This document shows, piece after piece, positions 58,409-64,000 of a stretch of 64,000 bases of DNA. This DNA is from Geopsychrobacteraceae bacterium. GTDB lineage: Bacteria > Desulfobacterota > Desulfuromonadia > Desulfuromonadales > Geopsychrobacteraceae. How positions within the stretch are numbered: the stretch's first letter is position 1; each line of letters begins with the position of its first letter. The stretch is taken from positions 448,001 to 512,000 of the forward strand of contig OY759353.1 of assembly GCA_963662315.1 (NCBI GenBank), in the 5' to 3' direction. A model generated the notes under the pieces. That model had not been told where the DNA came from. It was given only the letters and a program-made list of their open reading frames with translations, and ran no database searches. The translations under genes and the position numbers were made by a program.

Positions 58409-60751
58409 ATGTCTGTCGTGTCTAAAATCATTTTGTTTGTTTTGGTTGTCATTGGTCTGTTGATCGGTGGGGGAGTTTACCTTCAGAAACAGATGACTCC
58501 GCAACGGGTTCGCGAGTACCTGATTCCCCTTCTTGAAACAAGTCTTGACCGCAAGGTGGCCCTTGGCAAAGTCGAGATCGGGCTGCTTTCCGGGATTACC
58601 GTTTACGATCTTGTCATCAAGCAGCAGGATAGTGCCGACGATTTTCTGACAGTTCGGCGGGTTGATTTATATTATGAATGGTGGCCGTTACTGACCGGGC
58701 GCTTCGTTGTTAACCAGGTTGCACTGGACCAGCCTGCTGTTTCAGTCTTCCGTCAGTCTGATGGACAGTATAATTTCAGTGACTTAGTCAACAGCAAGCA
58801 ACAGAAGCGTGCTTCCTACCGCGATAAATCTGTAGCAGTCGCCAATGAGTTGTTCAGTGTCCTGGTTAAGAAGGTCACTATCCAGGGTGGCTCGCTGTCG
58901 TTCGTTGATGCCAAGGAAAATTCTAAAACGCCTTATCGTTATAAGTTGTCCCAGTTAAACCTGAATGTCCGTGATCTGAATTTTGAACAAGCTTTCCCGT
59001 TTGATTTGTCGCTACGCTTTAATGATGCCCAGCTTGATCTTTCCGGTCACTATGACTTTGCTCTTAACAGCGGGGATCTTCTGGTTCATTTGTCGTCTCT
59101 CGATCTGATCCCTCTGGCACCTTATTATCGTCAACTTCTCCCCGGTAAACTGGGGGCTGGCAAGCTTACCCTGAATGTTGAAGCTGATTTTCAGCCGGGT
59201 CAGCTGTCCTCAAAAGGAAAAATATCAGTTGCTGATTTTGATTTTTCAGCTCATGCCCTGAGGCGAGTGGCAATAAAGGATATTGATGTATCGGCTGATT
59301 ACTCGATTGTCTTTGACCGTCGAACCAGGCAGCTGAATATCGCGACTCTGCTGCTCAAACTGGCCGATATCGGAATGACCCTTGACGGCAATATCGATCT
59401 TGCCGCTCCAAGTCCTGTTCTGGATATGGTTTTGTGGTTGAATAAAGTGGACCTCAGATCTGTACTGAACAGCGTGCCAGCCAGCCTGATGCGGGATTAT
59501 CGGAAATACAGCTTGGCTGGGATTGTCGACGGACGCGTTACGCTGCAAGGGAGTGTGGATAAACCAGGAAAATTATTCAGGTCTGCCCAGCTAAGCCTGG
59601 ATGATGTCCAGCTCAGTACTGAACACCTGCGACTTGGTCTGGCTGGGGAGATCAGCTATCTTAACGATAGCTTCAAAACCGATGACCTCTCGCTGTCATA
59701 CGGGAATCAGACCCTGCAGTTGAGAGTTGATGCACGTAAAGGTGGAGGCGGTATTTTTAAAGGGACGTTTACTCTGGCTGCGGATGTTTTTGATTGTAAT
59801 GAGGTCCTTGGTGCTGCTCATGTTTCCGGCACCTCTTCAACGGGTATAAATGCTGAAGCGGGGAGCGAAATTGGTTCATTTGATCTCCCCTTGGATCTGG
59901 TCGGTTCCCTGACAGCCAATAGTGTAAAATACCGAAATCTGGTCCTGGATCATGTTTATGCCGATGCCCAGGTTCATAATAATCGACTGCGGCTACAGAA
60001 TATCAGCATCAATTTCGGCAATGGCCGTATCAAAGGGGAGAGTAATCTCAACCTTGGGGTTCCGGGTCTAGCTTATTCCGGGGATGTTCAGCTTGATGAT
60101 ATCGATTTGTCAGCGCTGTATGAAGGGCTCTATCCCAACGGGATTTATCATCTCTCCGGAACCATGCGTTTGGATACCACTTTTTCCGGTTATGGAACCC
60201 GTAAAACCAGTGTGTTGAAAGCTCTGAATATGCAGGGATCTGTCCGGGTTAATAATGGTGTTGTGCGCGGTTTTCCCGTTATTGACAGTGTTGCCGATTT
60301 TGTCGGTGGCGACGGTTTACGTGATGTAACGTTTCGCAGCCTGCACGGACAATATCAGGTTGCCAATAACATTATCCATCAGAACAGTCAGCTCGAAGGA
60401 TCCCAGTTGCGCATCGCATCACAGGGTATTATTGACTTGGGCAGTTACGTGAATTTTAAACTCGATACGCGCGTTGCTCCACGTGTATTAAGGCGGTCTG
60501 GTGCCGTTGCTGACGCCTTGGCGATGTTTATCGATGATCAGGGGTGGGGGATGATTCCTTTAGAGGTGCAAGGCTACTTAGGTGACCTTAAAGTTCGCCC
60601 GGATGCCGCTGTTATCAAGCAAAAAGTTGCAGATAAAGCCAAGCAGGAGGTGCTGAATAACTTGTCTGAGCAGCTGAATAAGAATGACTCTGTTCAGGAG
60701 GGTGTTCAGGAAATGCTCGATAATACCCTGAATAAACTTTTTGGTAAGTAG
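58409..60751 (+). CDS. AsmA/DUF748 family protein
   Basis: Single N-terminal TM, G.YNFSDL motif, long beta-rich repeats, C-terminal P..V.G plus helix; start uncertain. Confidence 0.8.
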   Translation: MSVVSKIILFVLVVIGLLIGGGVYLQKQMTPQRVREYLIPLLETSLDRKVALGKVEIGLLSGITVYDLVIKQQDSADDFLTVRRVDLYYEWWPLLTGRFVVNQVALDQPAVSVFRQSDGQYNFSDLVNSKQQKRASYRDKSVAVANELFSVLVKKVTIQGGSLSFVDAKENSKTPYRYKLSQLNLNVRDLNFEQAFPFDLSLRFNDAQLDLSGHYDFALNSGDLLVHLSSLDLIPLAPYYRQLLPGKLGAGKLTLNVEADFQPGQLSSKGKISVADFDFSAHALRRVAIKDIDVSADYSIVFDRRTRQLNIATLLLKLADIGMTLDGNIDLAAPSPVLDMVLWLNKVDLRSVLNSVPASLMRDYRKYSLAGIVDGRVTLQGSVDKPGKLFRSAQLSLDDVQLSTEHLRLGLAGEISYLNDSFKTDDLSLSYGNQTLQLRVDARKGGGGIFKGTFTLAADVFDCNEVLGAAHVSGTSSTGINAEAGSEIGSFDLPLDLVGSLTANSVKYRNLVLDHVYADAQVHNNRLRLQNISINFGNGRIKGESNLNLGVPGLAYSGDVQLDDIDLSALYEGLYPNGIYHLSGTMRLDTTFSGYGTRKTSVLKALNMQGSVRVNNGVVRGFPVIDSVADFVGGDGLRDVTFRSLHGQYQVANNIIHQNSQLEGSQLRIASQGIIDLGSYVNFKLDTRVAPRVLRRSGAVADALAMFIDDQGWGMIPLEVQGYLGDLKVRPDAAVIKQKVADKAKQEVLNNLSEQLNKNDSVQEGVQEMLDNTLNKLFGK

Positions 60752-60759
60752 TAGGGAAA

Positions 60760-60797
60760 CAGCAACGCATGTCCGGAGCGCCAGTCATGCGTTGCTG
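60760..60797. terminator. Hairpin between convergent asmA-like and gor genes
   Basis: CAGCAACGCATG / CATGCGTTGCTG 12 bp perfect stem; no clear U tract. Confidence 0.5.
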
Positions 60798-60802
60798 CCA
60801 GC

Positions 60803-62167
60803 CTAACCGTGGCTACGAGTTTTACTGCGCATGGTCACGAATTCTTCTGCGCTGGTTGGATGAATACCGATGGTTTGATCAAAGATTGCTTTTGTCGCCC
60901 CCGCCTTTAAGGCGATAGCGATACCCTGTATAATTTCACCGGCATTTTCTCCCGCCATATGAGCTCCCACCACCCGGTCTGTTTCAGCATCAACAATCAG
61001 CTTCATCAAAATGCGGTCGCCACTATTACTCAAGGCGTGTTTAAGTGAGCGAAACTCACTGGTATAAATATCGACCCTGGAATATTTATCACAGGCCTGC
61101 TGTTCAGTCAGACCGACACAGCCAATATTGGGCTGGCTGAAAACTGCAGTGGGAATTAAGGAATAGTCAAGAGAGGGGGCTCCCCCCTGATAGAGGTGTT
61201 TAACCAGGTGCATCGCTTCGGCGAGGGCCACCGGGGTGAGCTGAATGCGGTCTGTGACATCACCCAACGCATACACTGAAGGGGTCGATGTCTGGTAGTG
61301 CTCATCAACGGCAATGGCTCCATTGACAACAGCGATGTCTGCATTATCCAGTCCCAGTCCATCAATGTTCGGTTTCCGTCCGGTGGCAGCCAGGATAAGA
61401 TCCGGTCTCAGCTGCGATCCATCATTCAGGGTGACGCAATAGCCATGACCTTCAGACTCTTCAACTTTGACAGCATCACAGTTGAAACGCAGGTCGATTC
61501 CTTTACGACGCATGTGTGTCGCAACATATTCCCTGATTTCATCATCGAACCCTCTCAGGAACAGGTCCCGGCGATATATTTGTGTCACTTCAACCCCAAG
61601 ACCATGGAAAATTCCCGCAAACTCGGTCGCAATATACCCGCCGCCAATGATCAGCATGCGTTTAGGCAGTCTGGCAAGATCAAAGATCTGATCGGATGAC
61701 AGCATATGTTCATGTCCAGGAATGGAAGGAAATTGAGGGGTTCCACCAACACAGATCAGAATCCGTTCGGCAGTATAGGTTTGATCCCCGACCTTAACCT
61801 GGTTTGGCCCGCATAGGGAGGCCCTGCCGTGGATGTAGGCAACACCACTTTTGGTCAGCATGCCAGCGATAGTGTCATTTGATTTGGCAATGAGGGCTGA
61901 TTTGTTGTCACGCAATGTGGCCCAGTCAAAATCCGGAGTTACAGGCTGCCAGCCGAACCCTTCGGATTGTTTGAACCCGGCACCGTATTCGGCAGCATGA
62001 ACATACAGTTTTTTGGGCACGCACCCTAAATTGACGCAGGTCCCGCCCGCCCTGGATTGTTCCGCGACCGCGACCTTGACGCCATACGTCGCAGCCATAC
62101 GAGCGGCTCTTGCACCACCGGACCCGGCACCGATAACAAACAGATCATAATCATAGGTTTGTGACAT
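60803..62167 (-). CDS. gor: Glutathione-disulfide reductase
   Basis: GAGSGG, GGTCVNLGCVPKK, GGGYIA.E, YR...LR (NADPH), LTPVA, PTAVFS.P, IHPTSAEE. Confidence 0.9.
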   Translation of the reverse strand: MSQTYDYDLFVIGAGSGGARAARMAATYGVKVAVAEQSRAGGTCVNLGCVPKKLYVHAAEYGAGFKQSEGFGWQPVTPDFDWATLRDNKSALIAKSNDTIAGMLTKSGVAYIHGRASLCGPNQVKVGDQTYTAERILICVGGTPQFPSIPGHEHMLSSDQIFDLARLPKRMLIIGGGYIATEFAGIFHGLGVEVTQIYRRDLFLRGFDDEIREYVATHMRRKGIDLRFNCDAVKVEESEGHGYCVTLNDGSQLRPDLILAATGRKPNIDGLGLDNADIAVVNGAIAVDEHYQTSTPSVYALGDVTDRIQLTPVALAEAMHLVKHLYQGGAPSLDYSLIPTAVFSQPNIGCVGLTEQQACDKYSRVDIYTSEFRSLKHALSNSGDRILMKLIVDAETDRVVGAHMAGENAGEIIQGIAIALKAGATKAIFDQTIGIHPTSAEEFVTMRSKTRSHG

Positions 62168-62191
62168 ACTGATCCCCCTTACGGTTGAGGT

Positions 62192-63580
62192 TCATCCAAG
62201 TTCGTTATATTCGCGTTCTTTGAAAATAACACCAAGATCATCGGCAACCTTCCGGCAGGCGGTCATGTCAATACCCGGATAACTCACTGCGGAAGCGACG
62301 ACTTCTGGGATATAATCGGGTGCCAGACGCAGAAAGTCTTTAAGCGCATCATACCCCTGTGGACCGAAATCTGACTGACAGAGGTGCTGGTAGGTTGTCG
62401 CATCGGCGGCATTGAGGGAGACCGACAGGGCATCGATCAATCCTTTCAGTTCCGGTAGAATGTTGCGTTTATGAACCAAGTTTGCCTGACCATCAGTATT
62501 GATCCGTATTTTAGCGTTGTGTTGTTTTAACCATGTGGCCACTTCCTTGACCAGATCAAGACGTAACAGCGGTTCGCCGTAGCCACAGAAAACGATTTCA
62601 TCGTAGGTGCTGGGATCTCCGATGGCGCTGATGACCTCTGCTGCAGTCGGTTCATGGTCGAGGTACAGTTCATGCCCCTTGACGACAAAATCGTGAAATT
62701 TGGCGCAGAAGATACAGCTGTTAGTGCAGCGGTTTGTCACATTCAGGTACAAAGAATTGCGGATCTGATAAGCGATTTTATGACTTTGATCGATATTGCC
62801 AAATCCGAACAGGTCATGACAATTGCGGCTGGTGACCCGTGCGACATCGGCGAAGGTCAAGCCTTTTATGGTCGCAATTTCTTCGGCACAATGACGGACA
62901 TAGGCGGATTCATTGCGCTTGCCACGATAGGGTTGGGGGCTTAAGTAAGGCCCATCGGTTTCAACCAGCATTTTGTCGATGGAGATTGCCTTCACGACCT
63001 CCCGCAGTTCGGTATTTTTTGGATAGGTTATATTGCCTGTAAAACTGATATAGAAGCCAAGTTCAATGCAACGACGCGCCATATCCGTATCGCCACTGAA
63101 GCAATGAACAACGCCGCCGACTTCGGCGGCGTTCTCCTCAATCATGATACGCAACAGGTCCTCATGCGCATCGCGGTCATGGATAATCAGCGGTTTTTTT
63201 GCTTTGCGTGCCAGACGAATCTGCTGGCGAAAAGCATTCTGCTGAATATCATGGGGGCAATGATTGTGGTAATAATCAAGGCCGATCTCGCCCAAAGCGA
63301 CAACCTTTGGTTCTGACAGGAGCTGTTCAAGCTGGTCCAGGTTCACCGGGTCGATTTCTCTGGCATCATGGGGGTGTACACCGACAGCAGCATAAATAGG
63401 ATCGTATCGATGGGCTAGGGCGACACTGATCCGGGAACTTTCAAGATCGCAGCCGATCGTCAACATATGGCTGACGCCATTTTTCAGGGCTCTGGCGATA
63501 ATGTCTTCAAGATCCTTTTCATATTGGCCGCTGTCGAGGTGTATATGACTGTCAACCAGCAGAGGTGTTGTAGTATTCAT
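62192..63580 (-). CDS. TatD nuclease fused to a C-terminal radical SAM domain
   Basis: DSHIH, G.HPH, GEIGLDY, H.R.A, HCFSG, ETD.PYL; then LYLNVTNRCTNSCIFC, FCGYGEP. Confidence 0.92.
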   Translation of the reverse strand: MNTTTPLLVDSHIHLDSGQYEKDLEDIIARALKNGVSHMLTIGCDLESSRISVALAHRYDPIYAAVGVHPHDAREIDPVNLDQLEQLLSEPKVVALGEIGLDYYHNHCPHDIQQNAFRQQIRLARKAKKPLIIHDRDAHEDLLRIMIEENAAEVGGVVHCFSGDTDMARRCIELGFYISFTGNITYPKNTELREVVKAISIDKMLVETDGPYLSPQPYRGKRNESAYVRHCAEEIATIKGLTFADVARVTSRNCHDLFGFGNIDQSHKIAYQIRNSLYLNVTNRCTNSCIFCAKFHDFVVKGHELYLDHEPTAAEVISAIGDPSTYDEIVFCGYGEPLLRLDLVKEVATWLKQHNAKIRINTDGQANLVHKRNILPELKGLIDALSVSLNAADATTYQHLCQSDFGPQGYDALKDFLRLAPDYIPEVVASAVSYPGIDMTACRKVADDLGVIFKEREYNELG

Positions 63581-63594
63581 GGATGTTGAACTCC

Positions 63595-63625
63595 AAAAAA
63601 GCGGGGCGCACGTAGCGCCCCAGCT
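63595..63625 (-). terminator. Intrinsic terminator after metG
   Basis: Minus strand GGGGCGC / GCGCCCC stem followed by GC and T6. Confidence 0.7.
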
Positions 63626-63649
63626 GTTATTTATATTTGAATCTTTATC

Positions 63650-64000
63650 TTACTCGGTTTCAATTCGCGGGAAAAGGGGGGCTGCTTTTTCAATCTCAAT
63701 CCCAGGAATTAGGCCTCCCCACTGATCCTGATCGATCAGCGAGAGGTTGTTCGCATCACCATTCAGAATACTGATAATACGGGCACCTGTATCCGGCATA
63801 AAGGGTGCGACCAACAGAGCGATGATACGAATCGATTCGAGCAGGTTGTACATAACTGTTGCGAGACGATCCTGCTGTTCAGGATCTTTAGCCAGTGCCC
63901 ACGGTGCGTTTTCGTCAATGTATTTATTGCCGGCTGAAATCAGCTCCCAGATGCACATCAAGGCCTTATTAAATGCGAGGTCATTCAGCAGCTCATCAAC
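63650..64000 (-). CDS. metG: Methionyl-tRNA synthetase, 3' part (cut by window edge)
   Basis: F.KAL..IW.LI...NKYID..APW.LAK, PFMP, PLFPRIE anticodon-binding domain; adjacent to tatD. Confidence 0.9.
   Translation of the reverse strand, partial: VDELLNDLAFNKALMCIWELISAGNKYIDENAPWALAKDPEQQDRLATVMYNLLESIRIIALLVAPFMPDTGARIISILNGDANNLSLIDQDQWGGLIPGIEIEKAAPLFPRIETE

Noticed and set aside
63650..64000. MetG lacking a C-terminal tRNA-binding domain as a truncation
   Set aside because: Short MetG forms are common; clean stop followed by a terminator
1..64000. tRNA, rRNA, CRISPR array, IS/prophage, selenocysteine read-through, known riboswitches
   Set aside because: None recognised by eye; intergenic gaps are short and genes look complete. 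A tRNAscan/Infernal run is needed to exclude small RNAs formally

Overview
A 64 kb core-chromosome segment, most likely from a Desulfuromonadales (Geobacter/Desulfuromonas-like) bacterium. This is inferred from gene content and order, not from a search. It is densely coding, mostly on the + strand, with about 52 CDS. Housekeeping genes include accA (partial), rlpA, csp, yicC-gmk-rpoZ-rel-ridA, rpmB, purMN, pyrKD, a DHH-CBS tRNA nucleotidyltransferase, scpAB-rluB, mutL-miaA-hfq, copA, rph-rdgB-ndk-rlmN-mtnP, coaBC and metG (partial). There is also a DNA repair block (udg, sbcD-sbcC-addB-addA), gor and a TatD/radical SAM fusion. I found no rRNA, tRNA, CRISPR array, IS or prophage, and no clear-cut novel multi-gene system. 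The best leads are a Rel enzyme with a degenerate hydrolase domain, a rod-like structured csp leader, the TatD-radical SAM fusion, Hfq with an altered distal face, a TPR/ExeA pair with acidic tracts, and apparently gammaproteobacterial-type sbcCD and gor. All product calls rest on recognised motifs, and several start codons were moved from the ORF track to RBS-supported positions.
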